The position numbers were made by a program, and so were the translations under genes. Below, piece after piece: positions 28,101 through 40,505 of a DNA stretch of 64,000 nucleotides. The stretch spans positions 5,368,760 through 5,432,759 of the forward strand of contig CM082576.2 in the NCBI GenBank assembly GCA_040954595.2. The letters are read 5' to 3'. The DNA comes from Balanoglossus misakiensis (lineage: Eukaryota > Animalia > Hemichordata). Below the pieces are notes generated by a model, which was not told the DNA's origin, did not search any database, and saw only the letters and a list, made by a program, of their open reading frames with translations. How positions within the stretch are numbered: position 1 is the first letter of the stretch; each line of letters begins with the position of its first letter.

Positions 28101-31100
28101 AAAGGAATGGATGGGATGGGATAGGATGAAAACTGTGTTGGTGATCAAAATGGCGGCCATACGTTTTACGACGGTAGTGATGACAACTGTACTCTGACAC
28201 CTAACGGAACACTTACCCTTCGTTTCGGCGTTTTCAGCGTGGCTACTCGGTGAACCCTCCAGGTCTTGCTAAACATTGCCCCATAGGCTACGACAAACCC
28301 CACCGATATGACCCAAGCACGAATCTGAAAATGAAAAAAAAGCTATACAAGTTACTGTTTTGCATGCGAGACATTTGAAAGTCGAGTTCGAGTTACAACG
28401 TCAACGACAACTAAGTGAGCAATATAAGAGACAAGTCAAAGGAGATTTGAATATCATATGCCATTGGCAGCGGAAGTCCGGACGAGGGATCAGAATATCT
28501 TTACAATATTTTTATAACTCTGAAATCCAGTTTTTTTTCCTGTTTCCCAGCAGGTGTATGCATTTATATCCGCTTCTAAGGATCACTCCTTCATAACACT
28601 CGTCATTACCTGACAAATGATTTCAAATGTCTCTGGGCCGATGAACGTGTTGTCGAGACCGAAGAGAAACACGGCTGCATAGACGAGAATGCTTCCCAAG
28701 ATGATGATGTTATTCAGATTAGGGCTTGACATCTTCACGTATCTGAAAATTTGGGAGAAAGGGTGTGTTTAATATAGGTAGCTGGGCAGACAGACAGACA
28801 GACAGACAGACATACAGGCTTCCAGTGAACGAAACAGCTAGACCATGAAACTACGCGTAATCATGATCCTAGTTTAGTACGGTAACAAACTAGTTAATGC
28901 ACAAATGATGTCTACCCGTGGGCTGGGATTCGTTTTCCTTATTGCCGGCCGTATCTTATTTCGATGCAAATAGAACATATAAATACCAGCGTGCATTATT
29001 GGCTATGATAAACGATTCGATTACAATTATGATGTACGTCTGTACTGTAATCGTAGTGCGCAAGGCAGAAATTCAATATTACTCTGCCCGTCACAAATGA
29101 AATACAGGAAATATAATTGCAGTAAGCTTATAGATCACGAGATGATAAAACACCCACGATTTAAAATTATGTTTCGTTTAAAAACGAACAGAAGAGTAGA
29201 CAACACAACACAACGTCACGACGAAAAAAGACAAAACAAAACAAAATCTCAGTAGCTTTCCCCGTGATGCATTCAAGTGGAACATCATCACCAAAGGTGT
29301 AAAATTACCTCTGCTCCCTGTATTTCACATTGAAGCAGAAAAAGAAGCAGGCCATTATTATTCCTAAGGCAGCCATGGTACACATTGCGAAGTAGAGGGC
29401 AGGAGTTATGGCTAACTTTCTCTCTATGGTGGTGACGATCACGGTTGGCGTATGATCCAGGGGAACCTTGCCTCCTAGAAAAATAGGACAAACATATGAA
29501 TACATTGGGATAGCTGCGTGTCCCAGGGATTCGCCAGCATTCGTTTCGTTATAGTGCACACGTTTGAGATTTTCCCGACCTACAGGAGAATATAAACACG
29601 GAATTCTTATAAAAAGGAACATGAACCCCTGAATAGTGCTGCAATAGTTTAGCAGCAGTGGGCGGCGGCATTGACCGGAAAGTGTTATCTGGGAATTGGA
29701 AGAGATGTTTTAACATGTTCACTGAAATGTTCATCTCTTAGGTGTTGCATGTTGCTGTATAAGATGCGCATGTACGCATGTGAACATTTAAATCTATGTC
29801 AATTAGTCGTCAGTTACTATACTACAAAACACTTTCAGTGACCGAAAACCGAATATGTGTGCAACGTCACGTACAATTTTGAATTTGTGAAAATGATAGC
29901 AATTTAATGGTTTTGCTGCTCTGCTGATGTTGATGCGGTGGACAGGACAAGACAGCATTCATTTGAAAGTCAATCGGAAAAATCAAACAAAATAAGGCGA
30001 TTTTTGAGACATCGTACCAAAAATCGTGTACAGCCGGTACGTGCATTGGAATATTAAATTGCTTTGGTTCATTGTCAATGCTGAAGGCAGCGATATCATA
30101 TACAAGGGACATTGTCGGCTACGTTTGCGCCTCAAAGACTCGGGAAGATAAAATTCACAATCAATCATCCGGAAAGCAGTGCACAGTCTTTTAAAAGCGA
30201 TGATTTATCACCATTAATAATCCTATCGTATTCCCATTGTGCATTGAAAACTATGAGACGCTTTAAATCCAGGCTGAAGCGAATCACGAATTTACTCGAA
30301 GTGGCGCATGCGCTTTGATTTCCTTTCAAATTGACATAACTCATAAATTCTCTTTACGGAAGTCATCACGTTAATTTGACTTTCCATCTCCGATGTTTTT
30401 CTGTTCGTTGTGATTTGACCTTTTCAACTGGAACAATAACACACATAGACGGCGAGCATGTGCGTTTGTGAACTCCTGGAAAGACTCTAGAAAAAGTTTT
30501 GTCTGCAAACTCACCACGCCACTGGAAGTTGGATACATAGTCCAACACATTTCCCCTTTCAGTGTAGAGCGCTACTTGCTTTTCATAATATTCTGCAAAA
30601 AAAGAATAACAGAGGGGAAAACGCGTCAATACAAGAATTTCGTTTTTATCTGTGCGTGCATTCTGTAATTCCGTCCGCTTTTCGCTCAACAGAAGACTAC
30701 TGTTCAGTCGAAATACATCTGTTTACATTGCATGCAGTTTCTCATACTAGTACATGTAGTTCATGTTTATCAAACGAAATGATTGATGATCGGGGGATTT
30801 CACACACCTGCATTGCTTTGGCAGATAAAGCCGTTCCTTTGTTGACAGCTGACGGGGCGCCATTCTCCGGCGTGGGTGACAATGACGCAGGTTCCGTTCG
30901 CGACCTCGAGATCCGGTGTAGCGGAAGCAATTTCACCGCTAATGGTGGAGTTAGACCTGAAGGATTTGCCGTCCAGCCACTTAAACTCCCCGTCAACAAA
31001 TGTCAAACCGATAAACCTGACGGGGAGGGAGGAGGGGGGAAACAAGAAATACATGTGAAATTATTTGATATCTAAAGGGTGAAACTTAATCTTCTGTACA

Positions 31101-34100
31101 GTCGTGGTTATCAACTTCCCGGACTGTAGCTATTGAGGTCCGAATATTGATGTCAGAATGCATATATAGGCGCCACGGTGGCTGTAAACTAGTTCGCTAG
31201 TCCATACATTTACTCGCTATCGGCAACTTGTTGGTGCATTTTTATTAATATCATTTTATGGCGTTGTTAATCATTCCATCATAATTCCACCATAGCACCG
31301 AAAGCAATGCAAAATGATAGGTTAAAGAGTTACTCGGTCATAATGACGATTTTATCACATTAAATTATATTTCATTATAGCAATTCGACACAGCCATGCC
31401 CGACAATGGGTCAGATATTGATACACTGGCCGCAGGGAGCATTAAATAATAGTAATAGACACCTCGGGAAATTTCTGTTCGTCTCTTTCATAAAGCATGA
31501 TAAGAAAACCGCTCACGAACACACCTATGCAAATTTTGCCACATTACCACGACATGTTAAAAATTAGCCAATCCAAGTTTTCGCCTGGATGGCCTCGCGG
31601 AAAAAAGCACGCCACTGAATGGTCAATCGTAGACCTAGACATGACCCTTTAACCATATATGGGTATATGTAAATAAGGGGTGATTGTAATCCTTCCCAGT
31701 ACTATGGTGGGGCACAAGACAAAAATTATGCTAACCATTTCTCGACGACGCTCTTTTCGGTGTTTGCTTTAGTTGTCAGGAATTTCCACCGATCTTCAGT
31801 CATCATTGTTGTCAGGTCACCACCAGATGCACGGCACCAATCACGCGCCGCGTTAAAATTCTCGGTTGCATCACTTATGTAATAGCACACGCCATTGGCT
31901 ATCTCCCATCCATCCATACAACCGGCTTTCAAGAAGAAGAAGAAAACACAAGATGGCCGTCGGTTGGTCAGTGAAAATTAACAAGGAAATTTTTAAAAAG
32001 TACGAGAAAACGGCAACCGTTTGTAATGAAATTATTTTAGTGCAGCTTTTCAGATCAATTAAAATGCACAAATAAGTTTACATTGGAACATTTTAATTGT
32101 AGTCTTGCCCGCGTGGAATCCTCTCTGAACTAGTCGCATGACGTGATCAATGCACACCACACGCAAGCCAAATTTGGATAAGAAATTTGATTCGGTCGCA
32201 TGCAAAAATAAGAGTCCATCCCGGCGCCAAAATTACGGTCTACCGGAACATGAGAAAAAATGACTTTTATGCTTTCGAATGAACAAAGCATTATGTTCCG
32301 GTCTTGATAGTTTTTCATGGATACCTCCGGAGGATACATGTGCAAATACCGTGTGTGGGGCGTTATGTAAGACTCACTCGCACTCACGGATTCATAAATC
32401 TGATAAACAATGAAAGGTGTTAGCAAGAGAAATCACACCGTCACATCTATTCAAGGATTTGTTTTGTATAACGAAGCGCTAATGAGCCGTAATAATGACT
32501 TTGATAGTCGCCACTAATTGCCAAACAAGGTCTTTGTACAGTTTGACTCGATCCCCAGAGCGAAAACACTGAACACAACCTGTTGCGTATATTCTCGTGA
32601 CTGGTTTGTAGATCCTTCGCAGACGAGGATGTGTGTTCTGTAACTGTATACGCATTTTATCCGATTCAGAAAACGCAGCTGCTTTTTGACAAGATGATAA
32701 TCTTTTCTGCTGTAAGCGTAGGAGGCCATTTTGCAGATGTCACGACTTTAACGGGAATCGCGTACAATTGAATTATACTCACGTTGAAGTTGTTCGATTT
32801 GCGTAACACCCACTCGGTCTCCGTTTTTGAAACTCACCGGTCCCTGAATTAAAAAACAGAGAGAATATGTATATGCGTGTGAATGTGCTCAAGTGATGTC
32901 TTTTACACCTAAGATTGTTAGAAGTACACGGAATACAGTAGGTGGAATACATCCCATATTTCAGTATGATTGGTTCGCAAAGATCAAACCTTAGAATGTG
33001 ACAGACATCTTATTTCTGTACGCAGAGTACAGTAGATACGAGTAACTTGATGTTAAATTAAAATCGGCCAAAATATTTTGTTCTCATCTATTACTGTACA
33101 CCAACTGATAGTTTGAAGAAAATAAAACATTCTGTTCAAAGGACAAAACAATGTGCCAAATTCTAAACAGAAATCTGAGGAGCAGAAGATTGGTTGGTGT
33201 CCATGCAGAACCAAGGGTAATTTCGCAGAGACTGTGGGTGCAATTCACAGCCCCATATCTCGTTGCCAAGCTTCAAGAAGACACTTTCTCTTGTCAAAGA
33301 ATAACTCGATTATTACCGACACTCCCAGAAAATCGGTGTCGGTCAACAGATCAAAGAAAAGCTGGCTCATTTCGGCATCGTCGTACGTGAAGTCCTCCAG
33401 TCTCTTCAACTCGCCATCAGAGAATCTCCGGGTCTGCATGATTCTGGAGGCCTTGTCGAGCATCAGCGCCACTGTCCACGTGGCGTCGTATCCATACGGC
33501 GCCAGTCCATTCCAAGCATAATTCCGATTTTCTGGTCTTCGCAATCTTTCCCGAAGCAAGCTCTCGTATTCCGCAGACGTCTGGAAGAAAAAAATTGACG
33601 TTGATTGATGATTTTTTTGCATTTAACGGTAATTCCGGTATCGGTAATATAAATTATGAGTGAACATGCCCTGGTAGTTTTTATTACACGGCAATTTGTT
33701 GTGCCGCTGTTTACTTCTTTCCCAAGAAATGACGTCACGTCCGACGACATTCTCAACAAGTTGTTTTCGCCCTTCCCTCTTTTTATATTATAATGACATT
33801 TACAGATCTTTATGGATTCATTTTGTCATAATAACGTTTCTTGCGGATCCACTAATTTAAAATTAACTAACACTAGATATAGATTCTGCTGATAGCAACA
33901 AATGCCGGGAAGGTGACGTGCACGAAGCCCAACCATCCAGTACAACTGTAACCACCGTTTTGCGTTGATGAATTCAACACAGATCAATCTTCCTCTGACA
34001 CGCTATCATTTTCTGCTCTTCACGTGATTATCATTGACCCCGTCCATCAATCAAACAGACATCGGCAACGCTGTAGTCTGTAAGCCATATTCCTCTCTCT

Positions 34101-37100
34101 TCAAAAAGACATAATCCACCGTCATTACGCATGCCTCTGATTGGTTCGGAATGCTATAGGACACCTGATCAGATTGCATGTGTCTTTTCAACCCTGTACA
34201 GATGTCAGTTTTATTCCTGGCACAAGATACACACACAAGGACAGTGTATTACACAACATTTGGAAATGGACATACTGTTTGTACAGACGATATTACGCAC
34301 ATGCGCATAAGACGATCGTCGACCTTTATCGATATAAACAAATCAACGAAGTCTTTCGACTCTAGGCTCTTTGGAGGTGATAACAACATTCTCCGATTCA
34401 AAAAGTCATAATAACAACCTTACTATCATTAACAACCTTACTATCGAATTAAACAATGTTACTGACCGCCAGTAAGCTTGCTATCAATGTGGATGAAAAC
34501 GAATTATATGATTATTAAAACCCCATCAATGGCTAATCACCACTAATGGCCAACTTTCCATCAATGGCAATCCGATTTATAGTGCAGGCTCTTCCTCATA
34601 TCTGGAGTATCTATTGATTAAAACTCATCTTGGCATTCGCATATCAACTGCACCTCTAAAATCACCCCTAAAATGAATATGGAAATAATCTCACGTTTTG
34701 TCCCTAGATCCATATTAATGCTTCTCTACAGCACGCTTATCTTCGACATTTCGGTGTATCGACACTGGAATCTGAATAAAAACTTGACCAAAGTTTCCGC
34801 TTTCATTACCTTCTCTCAGTTCACGACCGAAATCACAACCAAACGTCCCCGAACTGATAATTCTCAATATTTACAAATTGATGAAAAGCTCCAGGTGCAC
34901 AATCGCTGAACATATACACTTCCATTTTCCTTCCCATGACATCCACAACCGACTGTCCAACAGTGGGGACTACATAATTCCACAACACAAACTAAAACTG
35001 GAACAAATGCAGTCCAGGCACTCCGGACCGTGGCAACGTGAAGCTTTGAAACTCACACCATCCATCCGCCACTCAAGCATCCCACAAGGCATTCATTCAA
35101 ACAAAAACGCTACCTCAAGGTCAAATATTTCACTACAATCGTGTACTCACTATTCCGGCGACGGTTAATTCTGGAGACGTGCTCAACTGTAAACTCTCAG
35201 TCGAAATGTACTGCGATCCTTCGACAGCTTCCTTCATCTCCTCCAGCGTGCAATCCACATACGGGTCTTCAACTTCCCACCATTTTGTTCCGTACCAGCC
35301 AATCAGAATCCATACATAGTCAGGTCCCGTCATGTCTTGTTTGTAAGCCTTTGCATCACAATTATTTGTGTGTGAGAGAGAGAGGGAGAGGGAAAGGGTG
35401 AGAGACGGAGCAGGTAGTTTGAATCGAGACAGGCAGGCAGACACACAGAGATTTTTCGTTGATTGACTGACTGACTGACTGACTGACTGACTGACTGACT
35501 GATTGTATATATTGTATATAATGCATATAATTACCTCACAAAACATTCTCCTGGCCATATCTTCATACATATTGCCAACAATTATTTTGGCATCCCCCTT
35601 CTGAAACGGTAAGATCAACCCAACATTCAGTATCTGACGAGATTTGTGTGAAATATAATTATGTATGTAACCGGGGACGCTGATTCGAAGTCAAGTACGA
35701 CGCTGGTTATTCGTTTCCATAACTCGGACACTTGCAGACAGACACACAGAGAATACAGGCGCTCAAACCAACCATCATATGGTCCATGGGTCATTGAGTG
35801 GCTGAGAGATAGTGCGTAAATGAACGCCCGAACGAATAGGTGAGCAAGACTTTTGACTAGTAAAAGGTCAGGTTCTTTTCCAATGCTGTATACAAAACTT
35901 TCATATGACGAAAAAATACCTACAGCCTATACTCATTGGTCAGAGCGGCGCCACTCAGGTATTTAGTAAGCCATCTGCTTACTAAATTTGCTCTCTGAAT
36001 TTGGACTAAAATGTCCGTAATGGATGGATTTGCGAGGGTTACAGGGTATAGTTTGGTGATCGTTTAAAGGAGCAAAAAGTTCCCTTTTCAGTCGCATAAT
36101 ATAGTCTCCAGTTTCTCGTTAACGTGTCCTATTAGTTACAGCCGTGAGATGTACCAGAATCATCATGCGTTATTTACATTACCTTGAGATTTTCAATTTG
36201 ATTCTTGGGGTTTTCTGAGAAGCTCTCCGATTTAATCGCCGAGATATTGTTCTCTTTCATCAACGTTAGAAGGTTGTCGATAGCCTGGAGCAAACAAAAA
36301 AGTAAACGGTTGAAAAGAAGAGAAGAGTATTTCTCTTGGGGAAATCACGAAACACGGACCTAGCATCCAGAGAGCACTTACGCCGTAAGTAGTTATAGAG
36401 TCTAAATGTCGTTTATAGAATCATTATTTATGAATGAATTGATCTTCTGAAGTCGAGTAGAGTTGGATTCGTAAACAAAGAAAAGCCCTCAGATCATTAT
36501 CACCAGATGTCACATCTTTAAATGCATCCTGTCCAGAGGAAGTAAGCTTGTTGACGTAATGGCGCATTCATAAAATAATTGTCTACTACTAGCCATTCAA
36601 TTATATGTATGGAGGGCTGAAGCATATAGACAGTAGAAAGTATTTGAAGTATACTGTCTCTCATAATACACTAAATATCAGTCAATATCAAAATGTGATA
36701 TTTGGGAATTCCTGGAATTTCTTCGTGAATGACAGCACGAATTGTGTGGAAGTAATACATTTTGCCGATATATGGTAGGATTCGAATGACTTTCTTGAAA
36801 ATTTGCATTTTAGATCCCCGAGTCGGCTTACTTATTCCTCTGAGGCGAATCTGGTTGAAGTAACTTCATGCCAGGACGTTATTGCATTGCGACACTGGTC
36901 ACTGTCATCAACATTTACGGGAAGAAGCGATGATAGAAAAATCGACAAAAAGTGATTACACCATGGTATCATGGTTTGATAATTGTTTTGTTTTCTGACC
37001 TTGGTGGCAGAGGGTGCTTCTGCAATCTGAGAACTTGAACAGCCGTGGAAGTTCATAGCTGCTTCAGAAAGCGAACGAAGTGGCTGCATATTGTACTGAC

Positions 37101-39868
37101 CGCATAGTGAGGTTATGCATATAGATCGGAAATAACTAACGGAAGAGAAACGTCAACCAAAGCTGCGTGTCTCTTATACTCTGCACACGCTTATACTTTT
37201 TCTAAGTTCTCCGGCGGTATTGAAAGTCTCCGAACACGGTGAATGGGACTGATTTGGCAGCAAATCTGCGGGTGTTTTGAACTCGCAAGAGATAGATTAC
37301 ACGTTGAAAAGGGCAAAGATCAATGTAATCAGACGTACCAATGAAAACAGGTCGTGATTCTCGTGTATGGTGGCAACCCTGTCCCAACCAAAATCCTTCA
37401 TCAGTCGTATTCTGGCAGGATTGTAAGCGGCGTCCGGCAGATAAGTACGGAAAAACAGCGGATATTGCTCCCGGTTGGAAAGAGCGGACGATGCCGCTGA
37501 ATAAGACAGCTGTCGTGAATAATACCGAGAAAAGTAAACGGGTTAAAAACGCGCATATCAATGAAGAAGTTTGATTAGTGAAACAAAATATGCGTAACCT
37601 TTATTGGTGGCTGAAATAACTCCTTTTTTTCACGATCGGATAATTTCTGGCCTTAATACCGTTTATATTCACAAAATTTTGGCGATCACTCTATACCTTA
37701 AAGCTGAGATTATCGACGAGACTTGTACACAATTTCTTTGGGACTGCACCTGGGCAAGAAATAGCTTGCTCGATTATGCCCACATTATGGTATATACATG
37801 TATTCGGGTGCACGCCATAAAACGCAACGACCAAAATCTATATTGACATAAAATGTGTGATCGGAAAAACAACACAAAATCAACATAGGCCTAATATACG
37901 AGCCTTTTGTCAAGCAATCGTGAAAGGTCGTTACTATAAACGGCCTGATAATCTGACCGACTATAAGCGGAATTCCCCCCCCCCCCCCCGGCGTGCCGAG
38001 CTGCCGCGCCGCCACCGAGGATTTGTAATTAGTCGCCGATACACAGCTTACCATAGCATAATTGCTTCGAACAAAATACGTGTCAAATCAGTGACGAGCA
38101 CTCACCGTCACCAGGTGCCAATGTGTGGCGGTCTCAGCGACCGCTTGTGCTCCTGTACTACACGGCGGCCCCAACACCATGAGCTTGGTAGGGTGATGGT
38201 AAAGTTGATCGAAGAAAACACGAGTTGCAAGGCCGGAGTCACACTGAAAGAAGAAACAAAATGACAAGGACATTTCACGAGAAGATCTTATGACTGAAGA
38301 TAGCATCATGGTGTTGTTTTATAAGTCATGATTTTAAGTTGTTGTTGTTTTTTCGGGCGTATAGCAAGACGATATTGAATAGATCTTTATTTTATGCCAA
38401 GATTAAGGATTTAATTTCGATTATTGTAGTTCTCTGCGAAAAAAAATACCGATTGCCCAGTGACTTCAGGGCAACCTCGTAATATAAAAAGGGGGACAAA
38501 GTGGATTCCATTTTTTGGTAGTTTCTGCAAAAACCTATACATGTATCTCTGCTTGGCGATTTCGGGTCGCAAGACATTAAACAGACTATCTTCAAACAAC
38601 TATGGGGAAGGGAAGTATCGTCCCCGCTGCATTGGAGTCTCTTTAGGCAGATAAAAATACACTTAATATTTAACGTACGATTCATCTGCGAAAACAGCTG
38701 GCGTTATTTGGAGTTGTAATGATGATGATAGTCTCTCTTACTTTCTCTCTCTCATTATTTCACAATTGTCACGTTGGTTCGAGTGTGAGTAAAAGGTGAA
38801 TCATCTTGATGTTAGTTCTATGGAAACCCCCCTGGGGACCTGCAGCAACTGTTGTTAATCTACCGAAAAAAAGCTCATGGAAAGCAATAATGAAAGACCG
38901 TCACAGCTATTTCAACAAAAATGGGCTTTGGCTGACATGATCAACCACGCTGAAAACAACTAAAATATCACCTTTCCATGCAGTTCCCATATTATTAGGC
39001 TAATATTTATTTTGATGGCCCTAACCGTCAGATCAGCTGATGCATGAAATGACGAGATCCGATTTCGTGAAAAGTTAACTTTCACGTGAAAAATAACCTC
39101 TTATTTCAAACCACTATAAGCTTAACTGTTTCAACATGTTGTGTTTTAGTACGACAATTTCCCAATATGAATGCCTTTGACAATTTTGTTTTTAACCCTT
39201 TGGAATTGGAGCGTTCTGGCTTCCGCCCAGGAGAAACGGTAGAATGAGTTTACATTGTAATTATAACCATACGCACACGTTGATTACAAACCTTGATTAG
39301 GTGGATCTATGTTGCAGCTAGCACCGTGACGAGTCCCGCTCATTTGTAAACTCATAAGCCTAGTTATTCAGTAATGCGTTACATCGGAAGCTTGTACAGA
39401 TACGAATCGACAGACATACAGGCAGGCAGAACGACTGACAGACAGGCAGACAGAACGACTTACTGACTTACTGACTGACTGACTGACTGGCTTGTCCGAG
39501 AGACGATTGTTAATGTCGGGGTACGCTATGATATACAATGTAGGTAGAACGAGGGATCAGTGTCAAAACCAACTCACCCGCGTATCATTCCACACCATTC
39601 GTAGGTCGTATTCTGGAAGGATGTCATCTCTGGCATTGATTTGCTGAAGCGCCATTTCCACAGCCGGCAGTATACCGCTGCCGTCCCAGTTACCTCCAAG
39701 CGAGAAAAAAGCACCGAGATAGATCGCCGTCTTGTTAGGGTTTCTTGCGCCATCCCCATCACCGCTTTCAGTGGTGTTTCCCGCCGGGAACGGCGTGGTC
39801 AGGCTCCGCGTCGACCACGCAGCAGAGCTCAACACGAGCAGCGTGCACCCAAGTGTCAAGGAATACAT
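25171..39868 (-). CDS. GABA-B-receptor-like class C GPCR (Venus flytrap + inserted C-type lectin domain + 7TM), 998 aa
   Basis: 19 exons: 39578-39868, 38106-38243, 37339-37509, 36183-36284, 35535-35600, 35151-35348, 33317-33580, 32783-32843, 31736-31925, 30808-31016, 30515-30592, 29309-29474, 28610-28742, 28217-28324, 27799-27921, 27563-27709, 26809-26997, 26129-26266, 25171-25395 (2997 nt, all GT-AG, frame intact). Signal peptide present. VFT motifs: PAVEMALQQINARDDILPEY, LSNREQYPLFFRT, YVWILIGWY, APYGYDATW. 7TM motifs: [67 protein letters not shown]. Confidence 0.93.
30808..31925 (-). other. C-type lectin-like domain (two exons) within the GABA-B-like gene
   Basis: Exons 31736-31925 and 30808-31016 give PGCMDGWEIANGVCYYI...FNAARDWCRASGGDL...WFIGLTFVDGEFKWLDG...CVIVTHAGEWRPVSCQQRNGFICQ, a long-form CTLD with 6 Cys and the WIGL-type motif. 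Confidence 0.9.
35461..35502. repeat. (GACT)n microsatellite in an intron
   Basis: Directly visible tandem repeat. Confidence 0.9.
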
Positions 39869-40243
39869 CGTTCACGTGCCCGCCGTACTTCAAAAGTTTA
39901 TTTCTACCTGTATATGCCTTCAACGGATGCGACAGTGAGAATGCATCTTGCTCTCGCTGATGTAGACCTTTAAGTGACACCCTATCATTCAACATTTTGA
40001 TGTCAACATAATAGCTTGAATCCCCCTATAGTTGGCTTCCTGAATATTTCTTCGTTGTCTCTGTAGGGAGAGAAAATGAGTTTGTTGCCAAGATAGCGAG
40101 CAGGGTTGCCTAGTAACAATGATGTCACGTGCCCGGATTCGTACAAATATCTTGCACGAATTATTATCATTTTACTAACTAATATCGCTAAGGGAACCAA
40201 CCACAGACAGACATTTCAACCTATGTATGTATGTGTGTATATG

Positions 40244-40505
<262 letters not shown>

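Noticed and set aside
10665-39868. Idea that the EH-like peptide is the ligand of the neighbouring chimeric GPCR
   Set aside because: Only proximity supports it; two housekeeping genes intervene, and known EH receptors are membrane guanylyl cyclases.
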